Source of the DNA: Paragordius varius
Taxonomy: Eukaryota; Animalia; Nematomorpha
NCBI GenBank assembly: GCA_964247055.1
Contig: OZ176051.1
Location: 4,216,001-4,280,000, forward strand
DNA length: 64,000 bases
Direction of reading: 5' to 3'
Shown: in pieces, positions 36,201 through 50,200 of the stretch
How the letters are laid out: each line of letters opens with the position of its first letter
How positions within the stretch are numbered: the first letter of the stretch is position 1
Made by a program: the position numbers and the translations under genes
The notes under the pieces: model-generated
The model's database searches: none
What the model was told of the DNA's origin: nothing
What the model saw: the letters and a program-made list of their open reading frames with translations, nothing else

Positions 36201-39200
36201 GCTATTGATATTTATCTTATATTAATCGTAAGTCCCAAAACCAAAAGCATGCACAATGAGAATCTAAAATACATTTATCTATTAGCAAATATATATTTCA
36301 TTAGGATGTGTACTGGGTACATGTAAATTTTCGGTTGCTGAACCAATTTAATAACTAATGTGTTGTAAGGAATGCCTACAAATAAATAATTAATTTAAAT
36401 TATTTATGAAGAGCTCTTATTTTTATTATAAATAATAAAATGTTTGTTTTTCATTTTTTGCTATGATTAACTATAAGCACATGGATGATTTGCACGAAAG
36501 GTAAGTTATATATTTTTTTCCTTTATTCCTGGATTGAAGAATATGTTATTTTACAGTATCGTATGGTAACAAACAACAAATGGTTGAAAGTTAACATTTT
36601 TTTTAAGTTTAAATATTAATTTTGTGTATTTAATGGACAAACCTTTTTCTATACCATACGTTGCTGTTATATATTTATCATTAAATTTACAATGCTAAAA
36701 ATGATATACAGAAAGGTAAAATATCTAACTATCTCTCTACCTTTTCTAATTTTTATATTACTATGGCTAATAAAAATAATATATATGTTAAAGAAAACAT
36801 TGTTTTATCAAAAATTATAATTATCTTGCCAGTTAGTTATGATTGAATTCACTTAATAAAAAAATATCCCCTCCTCTTTGTAACAAAATTTAATTTTAAT
36901 GGACAAATAAGAAGACAAAAAAATAAATTATTCATTTATGTATCGTTTTAGATAGATATATTATAAAATATATACATGTATATATTTATCCGATTAATTT
37001 AATCCCTTACCTTTCTGGAGAAAAGCAATGTTTTACGAATTTAACCAGTCAACCGCAACATTTTGCTGCAAAATAATATATATTTAGTTTCATCTTTTTT
37101 AAATAGATAATACCAACAAATTTTATATATAAATACCAGTCCATAAAGCATTATAATTTTTGTGCAAAGTGATATGTATCTATAACACTTAGTTCCCAGA
37201 TAAAATTGCAAAAATTCTTGGATGGATACTAGGTTTTGATATCAAATGCGCTATTTTATTATTGCGATTCGCTTGAGTTACAATATATGACCTTAAATTT
37301 TTATTTTCCTAAAAATCCTACATATATAAATACATTAGTTGCTTTTCCTTATGGCTTATTTGAAACATTGTTTTATGATACCTTGGCATTAATATATGTA
37401 CATTTATACAGAATATTTATAAAATAAATTGAATTATATTTATTTTCTAATACTCAACATCATATTCCAAGAGATCACAATGACCTATATAACAATTTTA
37501 TGTTTTAATACCATCCATCTCATAAACTTACCTAGCTAAACGCGTTACGAAAAATATTAGTGTATTTCGAAATTCCTTTGAATGATATATATTAGCAACT
37601 ACCTGAATAGATCCATTTTTTTATTTCATTGAATTGTATCTTTCCACAAAATATTTGGGAGATACTATTACATAATATATTTTAATGGAAAAAATTGTTT
37701 TAGATTAAATAACAGAATTCTGAAATTGAAAATTATATATCGCATATTTTAACATTACAAAATTTTTGCACCGTTACAGACAGAACGCTTTCTTTACCAG
37801 TATTCTTTATTTATTCCAAAAACATTGGGACAGCTAAAACTCCTATTCGAATGTATAAGGTATTTTTTTATTAATAAGAATAATAAGTGTGATTAGACCA
37901 AATCTAATTTTAATAGTTAATAAATCTAATATATAAAAAATTTAATTTAAGGGTCAATTTAAATTTATTATATTTTAATTGTGTAACATTTTGACAAGGG
38001 AATTAATTATGAAACCAATTATCGCCAAAATTTAAAATATTTAATTATCTTTTTCTAGAACAAAATATGGTATGCAAAAGTAGGTGACATTTGGATATTT
38101 TAAAATATGAGTGAAACAAGGAATTTTATTGTACTTTTAAATAATGGCCTCTTTTAATTAATTTTATATTTAAAAAAATAATGCGATATTGAGATAACAT
38201 TAATTTTTCTTTAGCCTCAAAATATTAGAATTTAAAATTATTACAAATCGGAGAACTCCATAGTTCAATAGTAAAAAATTTTACTGGTATTTTCAATAAC
38301 AATATTTGAGTTCGCATTGATGCACAATAGTATACTTTAAACTTAACTTGTAAGAAATGTTTAATATTTCATTTGTGTTTGCAAAAATATCCACTTGAAA
38401 TGTCATTGTCAAGTATTGTTAACACTTTAAATTCTTTTCTCTGAAATAATATTTAAAATTAAATTCTGAGTACGCGATGAAAAAATTCCACCATGAATAA
38501 TTCTTTTTTGAATCCTTAAGGTAATTTTATTTTTTAACTTATAGATACTGTAACTTAGTGATATAATTTTGATTAGATAATAAGTGTCATCCCTTGAAGA
38601 GTTTCATTTGTGATTTGTGGTGAATTCAAATCGTATTAATTAGATCTTTAGTATTAAAATAATACTAAAATATTTTGCGATCTTATTAATCACACACACT
38701 ACGGAAGTTATACTGAGTTCAATTGATTTATGTTTGAAATAATGTTAAATTCTATTCTTCGCTATAACTATAAATTTCAAGGAAGATTGAGCTTAGATAA
38801 GTTTTGATTAATTATTTAAAAAATCATAGCATTCGACAATAATAATCGATATTCCTCAATATATAAATTATAATTTATTATAGCTAGTGTGTCAAATTTT
38901 GGCTGTTTTGCACGTTATGGGGTATTTTTTTATATATAAACTCCTCATACCGTAAACTTTAGGGTAACCCCATAAAGACAAAATGCATAAAAACAAAATG
39001 TGCCAAACAGCTGTTTATATTATTTAGGCTATATCTAAAACAGTAATACAACATTTTTATTATAAGATTGTTCATAGCACCTATTATCATTTTTTATTAA
39101 ACTCTTTGGGTTTCGCTAAAACAACATTTTACCCCATAAAAATCGAATTTAGGTTGAATATCAAAGTTTAATTGTGCACCGGTAGTTTGTTTGGTTTTCA

Positions 39201-41296
39201 TAACTATAACTTTGGGTGCGCGCGCAGCTAAAAATTTAATTTTTCTAAAGATTTTTTTATAGACATAAAGGACAAATTTAAATTTGATCAAAGATATTGC
39301 GTCATTTATTCGCCTTTTGTCAATATTACAAAAATATAATAGCTAACATTAAATGTTTAGTTTATATCTCCTAGACTAATTTATTTGTTTAAACTATTTA
39401 CTCCTTATTTTGATCGATAACTAAAGAAAAATAATCAGCTGTGATACCTTTTATCTTTCTTACCTACATAACTCCGAACTTTTTTTAGAATTTAGCTCAT
39501 TATTTACTCTTATTTTAAAACCATAATGAACCCAAAAAACTTTATATGAGCGTTACACTATCTTTTAGATTGGGTTGGGATTTTGGTAGGTCGTAATGTA
39601 GTTATAGGTTTAACTGCATGTAAGAGCAGTCATTTGCGATAACCACCCGTTAATTAATACCACATATAGTTAAAATTAAATGTCAAATATGTGTCTAACT
39701 TCATTTTATCATTTATACCGATATTTTTATTGCATGATATTTAGATAAGCTTTTGACCGGTCAAAAAACTAATTATCGGTTTAACCGCATGTAAACGCAG
39801 TCAAAAATGCATTCTAAACCGGTCAAACTGTATTTTAATTACTATGTTAGGGTAATCAATATAATTACTTTTATTTGGGCTTATGTGTCTATAGTTCGAA
39901 ATATTCCCAAATTGTTGGATTTTACCTGAATTTACATATATTTTTAAAGAATCGCCAATTATGTAATTGGAAATTTTATTTGAACATATTTTATTTCATA
40001 AATTATTAAGATTTAGAGTTAACAAGTTATTCTAATTTTTGTTAAATTTTATTGCTTTTTACAATTAATTAGTATGGAAATATTTTATGATTGAAATAAA
40101 ACCAACATAGTCATAAATTCTTCATGTTATGTGAAAGTGAACTTCCTTATTTAAAATATTTATTTAATGCATAATTTTGTATTTTTTTAAACAAAAAAAG
40201 CATTGGATAAAAATGAAAATTCATTGTCACAATTCTTCATATTATTATATAAAATATTTCAGTATTTATAACATTAAATTACTGGAAAAACTTGGAATAA
40301 ATTTTGTTATACCTGTAATGCATAAAGAGTGCACTTTGCACTTTTTCTATAAAAAATAACTTTCTACATTCTCACAATCAACTACTTTTGCATTTTTCCA
40401 TTATTATAAACAAGGAAGGAAAAGGGGAGTTCAATACACGCATATTATGCATAATATATATATAAATATCTATACCTTTAAAGAATTTGCTTATTATTAA
40501 AAATATTATTTTTACCTGAATCAATCCTATATATCAAAACAAATATTGTGTTTATTACTTTTTATTTTTCATTAACTCGAACCTTTTCGAAGTACATGCT
40601 AACTACTTGTATCAGCCAATTAATTAATTTTAATTGGAATTAGTTGACAAATTATACATTAATTAGAATAATTTTCACAAGTTTGGTGTAATTTGCTAAA
40701 TAAAAACATATATAATTACGTGTGCACGTTTCTTTCCAAATAAAAAGTGTCAAAAATAGCGAGTGATTAAGAAATACATGTTTCCTAATTATTTGTCATT
40801 TCCTTATATTATGATCTCTACTTCCCTTTCATATAATATGGCTAGAATATATCTGCCAAGTCATTAACCTTAGGTAGGAAAGAAATATTATTGTGAATGT
40901 CGATATTCGGATTTTTAGCGGAGAAGAGATGCTTTGAATCATGTCTATTGGATTGGTTAAATATGTACGACTTTTTTTAAATGAAAATTTAAATTTCACT
41001 AGCAAACAAAGTAGAGTTGATCACCTATAAAACACAAAAGATTTGAAATCACAAATTATAAATTTTGACTTTAAACAAACACGCTATATTTCAAACATTT
41101 CAAAATATCAAAGACCCATCAACAGTTTTTTAGTTTTTAAAACCCGTGTATTGTAAAACTGGAAGTGAAGAAATTATTTGTTAATTGAATTATGAGTTGA
41201 ACAAATTTTTATAGCTTCAAATATATGGCAATTATCGATTTAAATCAATGTACAAAATCCTAACTTTATTAACATATATATTTTCTGTGGTTTTAG

Positions 41297-44200
41297 ATGA
41301 CACCCTGGTTTCCAGTAATCTTATGCATTTTCCTTACACTGTCGCTATCTAAACTTGGTCCTGTAAAGTGCATTGAACCTAGTATTATAAAACAACCACA
41401 TAGCGACCCTTCTCCATCCTTCTTCTATTATAATGACCCACCTATTGAGGGCCGAGAATTCGAATGTCTTCCAGGTTGGTTCCTTTGGAACACGCATTGT
41501 TACGGATATTTTCCGGTTCGGAAGTCTTGGGAAAACGCAGCTAAAGATTGCAATACATATGGTGCTTCGCTGACACGAATCGAAGATTTTGATACGAACG
41601 TGCACTTAAACCGAATGGCTCAACGATTATCACAGCAAAATCGTATGAAAAAACAACATAAAATTGTCAGTCTTTCATCTCAGTCAAACAGCCACCAGGC
41701 TAATGATAAGAATAATGCTAAAGAAGGAGATTATTTACGACAAAAAGAAAAGTTTAATCAAGGTAACAATAATGATAAGAATAATGAGAATGAAAATGGA
41801 ATAGTTAAAAGAAGGAGTGTCAATAGGTCAACCGTGAAAATGGAATCGAATGAAAACGCAAATGCATATTTTTGGATAGGTAATTATTTATTTTCTGTTA
41901 AATTACCGATGAATAAGCTATAAAATATGAAATTCAATCAAAAAGCTTTTTTGGTATTTTATAAATATTATTATCGACGAATGCGTCTATAAAATAATAT
42001 ATTTCTCGACCTTTAATAGTCCATTATTAAAGTGTTTTCATTTAGTTGTTGTAAAAAATTTTTTATGAGTATTCAATACAGTCATTCGAGCTTTAATGGT
42101 TCACAAATGAATTATATATAATATGATGTTTAAAACATAAGCTGTAAATTTAAATCGACGACTTCCATAAACATTAAATGGTAAAAGCGCAATACGCCAC
42201 GTTTTGCTCGCTTTTATGTTTTAGCTTTATTTATTCTGATCATAAGATAATATTTCCAATATTACGGCTAAACTCAATTCTTACAAATCGGGTGTTTTCA
42301 ATCAAATTAAAAATTTCACACATGACTAACAGATAAAATATCAAAACTTATTTTGAAATTAATATTTGGTTCCATTCAAATATGTTTTTTCTTACTGTTC
42401 AAATCTCTAAACTAATGGCTTTGACCATCTTTTTAAATCAAAATGAAAACAAAATCAAAATGCAAGATGTTCTATAAAAAAACTAATTCTGACATCATCC
42501 ATCCTAGTTATATTCTTACCTTGCGTTTTTATAGTTATAAAAATCCTGCTAAAATTTGGTCTTTTAAACAATTAAAACTTCATTTAAAATTTATATTTTT
42601 AGTCTAAAATAGATTAAACACCTGGATACAAAACAACATTCATTTTAATTTCGATTCGAATTAGGATAACTACTTTATCCCAGGCTTGTTAAAATGAAAT
42701 ATTTCAAATAATATGGAATAAATTGAAATCACTGCAAACGTTTGCACTTTAAACACCAATAAACTGAATTATAAAAAATATTTATTTAAAAAACTTGATA
42801 TTACTTACTTTATGGATTAACCCGAAGGAAAATTTAGATAACATGACATGCGTGCATCTATCTATATAAAACTAATAAAAAACAAACCTTTTCTGCTTAT
42901 AATATATTTAGGTGTGTAAATAAAAATTCAATTTTAGCTTAAAAAACAGAAAGGCACGATATTTTGCAACAATGTTGTAAAACAAAATTGGTGTCAGTAA
43001 ATGGAGCTTTTTTCCAAACTAAATAATATTTAGTATTTTGGCTTATTTATATAAAATTTATTTGGATAGAATCATAAATTTGGAACCGTCTCCTTCTATG
43101 TTTTTTAAATTATTAATTTAAATATGGTCTGGGGGTCACTAATTAACCCAATTTTAATGTGGTAAAAGTGAAAATCATTTTTAAAAACCGAAATAAATCT
43201 TTTACACAATAATCCCATAAAATATTTTGTTTCAGAATAGGTGATATATATATTTACGCGCCCTGGACCTATACTATTTCAATATTTTATATTTTATTTC
43301 AATAAGTTAGCGTTGATGAAAAATTATACAATATTTTTTGTATTTTACTGATTTCTAAAAAAATATTTTAAATAAAAACTAAAATTATATGTAATATATA
43401 AATTGGACAGCTATATACTATATTACTGAAGGCTTGCGGTTATCAAATGACGAATATTCATCAGAGGTGCTCAAATGGGTGGATTCACAATCGAGTGATA
43501 TCAAAAACATTGTCTATAGAGATGAAATATCCAATTCTATTGAATCAATTAACAAAAATATTACATGGATATATGATGGATTTTGGAGTCCAACGTTTTT
43601 CAATCAAAATTATGGGTTAAATGGGATAGGACTGTCAAAAAATTTGCCCAATTCAAAATGTGTCGCACTAAGTATAATGACACAAAATACTGACCTGATT
43701 GATTACGAAACTACATGGTATCTTAAATCGTGTCAAGAAGTATTTCCGTTTATGTGTCGTTCAAAGGCTTGTTTGAAAGGTTGGAGTTTATAATTTTACA
43801 TTTACATCCATAAAACTAAATTTTAATTAATCATATAATTATAATAATAATCGTCTGCTCTTGCTCATAATAGCTCATTAACATAAAATTTTTTTATTGA
43901 GATAGTAATGAAAAAATAATTTAGATAGAAAAGTAACCAATATAATATTAATTTTTATAGGATACTTTCGTTGCCTTGACGGTTCTTGTGTTAATGAACG
44001 TTATGTTTGTGATGGCCTCGCTCAATGTCCAGACAATTCAGATGAAGCTAATTGTGACGGTAATTGTTAAATTATACATAAGTTAGAATGTTTTATCCGT
44101 GAGATGCCATATATTTCGAATCTAAAGAGTATCGGCTATAGGGCATTAAGATATAATGAGTTCATAAAATAATTGTTAATGTGCTATATTTCATATTTTC

Positions 44201-47200
44201 TAATAAAACAGTAAAAGAATGCATATATTACATGAGTGGATTAAGTGGTGTAATACAATCCCCCAATTATCCAAATAACTATGGAAGATTATTACAATGT
44301 CAGTGGGTGATTGAAGGACCCATTGGAACACAATTGCAATTTAAGGTTTTCAAAAACTTTCATCTCTTTTATCAAAAATTTATTTTTAAAGTGTGCGTTT
44401 TTTATATTTTTTTTCAATTTTCAAGTTTGTACAAATGAAATTGGAGCCAATCTTCGATACCATATTTATATTGGGTGGTAGTACGCAAGCCGAGAATGCT
44501 GTTATGGTTACCAAGTTATCTGGCCAAAATAACAGTAATCCAATTGACCAAATTTTTAACAGTCCGAATCACGTTGGAATCGTTAAATTTGATACGGATG
44601 ATAGCGTGGAATATACAGGATTTTCACTAGCTTGGACAACAGGTGAGATTTATGAATCTTTTTGATGTCGAAATTTAATATCATATCTATAATATGCAGG
44701 TGCAAATATATCTTAAGTTCGGATATTTCACCATTCTAATAATTACAGATTATGAATTTTTGCGCAAAAAAATGTTATATAAAAAAATTGTTATCTTAAA
44801 AATTATCTTTTTATATATTCTAACAGTCAAAATGGATTGCATTCAAGAATTGGAGGCCAGAAATCAATGGGTTCATATATTATCTCCAAATTATCCACTG
44901 CCTTATGCCAACGGTGTAGAATGTGTGTGGACAATCAAAGTACCAAATATGGAAGACAATCAAATCATATCACTGAAAGTAAAAAATATTTTAAAAGCCA
45001 TTAAATATAACATATATATATCTCTAAAAAAACTCGTATCCCTAGGTTAATTCTTTGGACTTGGAGTTTCCAAATGATTATTTGGAGATTAGAGATGGTT
45101 CAACAGCCAGCGCGCCACTCCTTGCCACACTAACAGGTCAATTGAATTCAACTGATTTACCCCAATTCGTAATTTCAACCCAACCAGCTTTATATCTTTA
45201 CTTTTTTACGGATGAAGCGCATTCCGACAAAGGCTTCAATATATCTTTCCGTTTAGGTAAAATGCCTATGAGCGAAAATTTGAAATTCTAATAAATGTAT
45301 TTTTATCGACCTTATTTACGACCTATAATTGAATCCCCTTATTTTTTTTAAATTATAATATATATTTGATTTTTAATAAATTTTTAAGGTTGCAAAATTG
45401 AATCTGACGCTAAACACGGTGCCTTGTTTAGCCCCGGACAAGGGCTAAAACCATATCCCAAATTTCAAAACTGTGAATGGATCATAAATCTGAAACATAT
45501 CGCATCCAATATTACTATTTACATTGATAAATTTGATGTCCATTATTCGGATTTATTACGGGTATATTTTAAAATGTTTATAATAAAAAAATATTGAATT
45601 TCACATTGTGCGGCTTGAATTCAATACTCCCTAATAAAAAGTAATGAGAATTTCACCTTTTTAATTATGGCTAAGTTATACTTGTGATTTACAAAGCACT
45701 TTTAAGCAAACCCCGTTGTTTTATGTTTGAGTTTTATAAGTTTAACCATTTTTTCTCTGCCAAAATAAATTATTTGAGAAATTTTTTATAACACATTTTT
45801 TAAAAATAACTAGATTACATCAATTGGCCAAGTTGCTAATGATAAATCCGAAAATCAAATGGTAGAAACATTGCAATTCGACAGCAGCAAAGTTACTAAT
45901 GATGATAGTTTTTTGCTCAGTAAATTTGTCATAACTACCGGCATAGTTAAAATGGAATTCTTTACCGATTCAGTTGGTTTTGGAACGGGATATATCGCAT
46001 CTTATTCGATAAGTATATAATAAAGAATATAATGCATTTCTTTTTTCAGTGTTTCCTCCAGATATTTATTTTTCGATAGAGCCGTTGTTTAGTATTATTT
46101 AAAAAATATAACGCCACAAAGCGAAATATGCAAAAAGGTGTGCCAAACTGCTAAACGAATGTTTCATTTTTTCTATATTATTAAAATTTTAATAAGGATG
46201 TTTCTGTTCGGACCTTACATATAAGATTGTGTCTAAAAATGAATATTTAAAATGAAATACTTTACTACATATATTTTAATTATCATAATATTTATTACAG
46301 AATTGCTACCAATATGTATCGATGAACACCAATGTTTTAATTTGTTTTTTATAGATTGTGAACGCATTGATGAACAATCTAAACATTTAATATTGAGCAC
46401 TAAAGACACTTCGTTCAAAACCGTTGTCGAGCTAAAATGTCAAAAGGGATTTCGATTTCTTAGTGGGGACGCTGTAATTATTACCTATTGTAAATCAGGT
46501 GGAAAATGGAACCTTGATACAATACCAAGTTGTATAGGTAGAAAAATGCAGATAAAAATATTCTCTTGTTAATAAAAATAAACACGTTTGTGGGTAATTA
46601 AAATTATTTATGTTCATATTTTTTTAATACAAACTGCTTTAATTGTGGTTATATTTACCATGGATGGTTCTTAGGTATATATAAGGGTGTAAAATTGAGC
46701 CATTCAAAAATAGAATACACGAATAGAGCTCTCCTCTTTGTTTTGGAGAGTCAAAAGTGTCATTTGTCCATTTTGTTCAAAATGGTTAAATATGAAATTA
46801 ATTAATGTGAACATAGATAAAATAATATTTATTAGTAATTTTTCAAATAAAAGTTTGTGGAAAGCAGAGTTGAATCTACCATGATAAAATGTATGGTTCG
46901 AATTCACATATCAATTATTATTAACAATACTCTTTTAGCTCAAGATGAAGATATAGGGTGTGGCCCTGTACCTCAATTACCAAATGCTATTATAGTGAAA
47001 GCAACGAACGTGAGTTTTGGTGGCAGAGCTACTTATGCCTGTACGCTTGGTAATACTTTCAAAGATGGCGAAACATTAAAAGATAGCTTATGTGATCGAT
47101 TTGGTCGTTGGGAGAATTTGTTGGGATGCATTCGTAAGCATTTATGTTACATTTGGCCAATTATTAACTATAACTTACATGGATTTTTAATAAAATTGGT

Positions 47201-50200
47201 TATGTTCCATATTTTAGCAAAATGTTTAATTTAGAAACTAAGCTTTGCCCAAAAATTTATATAATTAATTTAAAAGACATGTGGCTTGTGAAAAAAAACA
47301 TAAAATTAGCTATAATATTTCAAATTTTGCGGTTCGTTTGTACTTTTGGACAAATATTTGGCCAAAAATATCGGTTCCCATTATCCTAAAAAATAGGAGT
47401 AACGCCATATAGGACTGGGCCGTTGTTTATTGAATAAGTCATATTTCTGCTTGTGAACTACTTTTTTGCCTTTTCAAATAAATTCGTCTAAAAAATTTTT
47501 CAAATCTTTTCCCGATTTCCTTCAGTAACAATGGAAATCTTTATGCAAAGCATCTTTTAAACATTCAAATTCCCAATCTTCAAACGAAATGGATAACACC
47601 CTTATTTAGGGTATGGAAAAATAAAAACAACAATTATACCTATGTATTTGTGCTAAATGATTTATATATATGGATAAATTAATATTTTTAGCAATCAAGA
47701 ATTGTAAACCACAGTTTTTATTAAAAAACGGTTACATCACACTCCTTAACGGAAATGGAACTTCTTCAGGAACTATCCTCAAGATGCAATGTTTCAAAGG
47801 TTTTTCTATGCAAGGATCTCCAATTACGCGTTGCATGAATAATGGAAAATGGACTCAAGATTTACCTATTTGCCAACGTAATAATTCACATATGTTACAG
47901 TAACCATTTAAATTACAAAACATAAAAACTTAAAGACAAATAATTTTTTTCAAAACCTTAATTTTTTCAAAATAAATTATATAATTACAATTGTAATATA
48001 TATTATTGAGTGTGTTACCAATATCTCTATTTCTTACTTTTCAGTTTGAAAAAATGAGTTATACTAAAAAAATTAGTATGATTGTCTTTTGTAAAAAATA
48101 TTTCCCTTAATGTTTTTACATTTTGCTGTATAATTTCCATTTTTACTCTAAATAAATAATACTACTCTCATTAATATTAAATTTATATTGTATTTCAGCC
48201 GTGCTATGTCCCATCCCAAAAATTCACAATGGATACGTGAAATTTAATTTTAACGAAAAACTCGGTCAGAAATTTATATATGGGAAGTCGGTACAAATCA
48301 TATGTCTACCAGGTTACCGGCTCACAGGACCGTCTGTCTTAACATGCCATCCTAACGTTGGAAACCCAAATTCACTGACACAGGGAAGAAACAATGATTA
48401 TTCGGTTTATTTTAACACTGCCATTCCGACATGTGATGGTATGCATCTAGCCTAGCTATATATTTTAATACAGCAGTAAGAGACTAATTATCGGTCATTA
48501 ATTGATTAAAGAATAATGGTACTTAAGTAAATTTGTAAATGAGATATTTTTTGTGTCTTTCTTGATTAAATTCACACTTGTCCGCAATTTAAAGCGGATA
48601 AAATTTATTAGCTTACAGATATTTTTTCCTTTCACCAATTAAAATGATTTCACGAACCAATGATAAACATTTTCCCTGTTAAACACAAAAAATTTCCCTT
48701 TTTTTTAAAATGTAATATTTTTTTCTCAAACACAAAGATATAAACGAATGTGCTGAAAATCCGTACATTTGCGATATGGATTCTACCCTATGTCACAACC
48801 TTTTTGGAGGCTATGAGTGTCAATGTCGGGCCAGTCGTATACACGGAAACAAATATCTAACCACATCCTCTAACGATTTGTTAGATTATATACCATTGTG
48901 CGAAGTCCCGCTTTCCCTCTATCATCCTGATGGAGAAAGCTTGGTAAGTGGTAAAACGATAAATTTGCTCTCGGGATTTCCGACGGTCGATAATAGTGGA
49001 TCGGATATTGACACCTACTTGACCACAGAAAGTATATAACGCGCTTTGATTAATTACAGTCATGTAGACTTTATTTTGTTAAAGATTTACTTTTTTTCGT
49101 TAATTGGGTATTAATATTTGGTAAAGAATATAAAAACAAGAGCAATATGGTATTACCATATCATATTCTTTAAAAAAGTAAAAAATGAAGGGGAAGGGCG
49201 TCGGAAATCTTTGGTAAAAAATGAAAATACCCTAACTATTAACCCTTCACTTAAATTTGATGGATATTTTGTAATGTTAAATTTTGAGAATATTATAGCA
49301 ATTTATGTTAACATTTGAAATATTGTTGTTACGTATTTAGATGCGGAATTTTGTGGGTTTTTATCTTTAATAATTTAATAAATAGTAAAATGGGTATTTT
49401 ATTATTTAAGATTAATAATTAAATTCAATAATTACTATTTTTCAACATGATAAATACCTGTATTAATCGATATTGGTATTATTTTATATAGTTGCTATTA
49501 GTAATTAAAATACAGGTTATATATTTGTTAAAATTTAAGTAGATTTTGGATTGTTTTTGTTTTTATGTTATTCATTGTCAATTTTTATGTATTGACATTT
49601 TAATCAGGTAAAAATTGCGGTTTTTAAATTTAGTCAAATTTAATTTTTTTGTTTTTTATTTAACATTGTTAATTGTAATTAATTACATATGATTTTAATA
49701 ATTACAGGTGAAAATTGTGGTTTTTAATAAATTTAGTTAAATTGAATTTTTTTGTTTAGGATTTGCATTGTTAATTGTAATTAATTACTACATATTGGAA
49801 ATTTAGAAAAAAACAAGTAAAAATGGCGGTTTCAAAATTTTTTTTATTGTTAATTGTAATTAATTACATATTGTGGACATTTTAATAATTACAGGTAAAA
49901 ATTGCAGCTTTTAATTAATTTAATAAAAATTGAGTTTTTGTTTTTTAGGATTTGCATTGTTAATTGTAATTAAATTATTTGGTCATTAATTAATACAGGT
50001 AAAAATTGCGGTTTTAACAAATTTCAAATTTATTTTTTTGTATCATTGTTAATTATAATTAATTACTCCATATTTTGGGCATTTTAATAAATACAGGTGA
50101 AAATGGCAGTTTTTCAAATTTAACATTTTTTGTATCATTGTTATTTGTTATTAATTAATAAATATTTTGGACAATTAAAAAACAGATGAAAATTGCGGTT

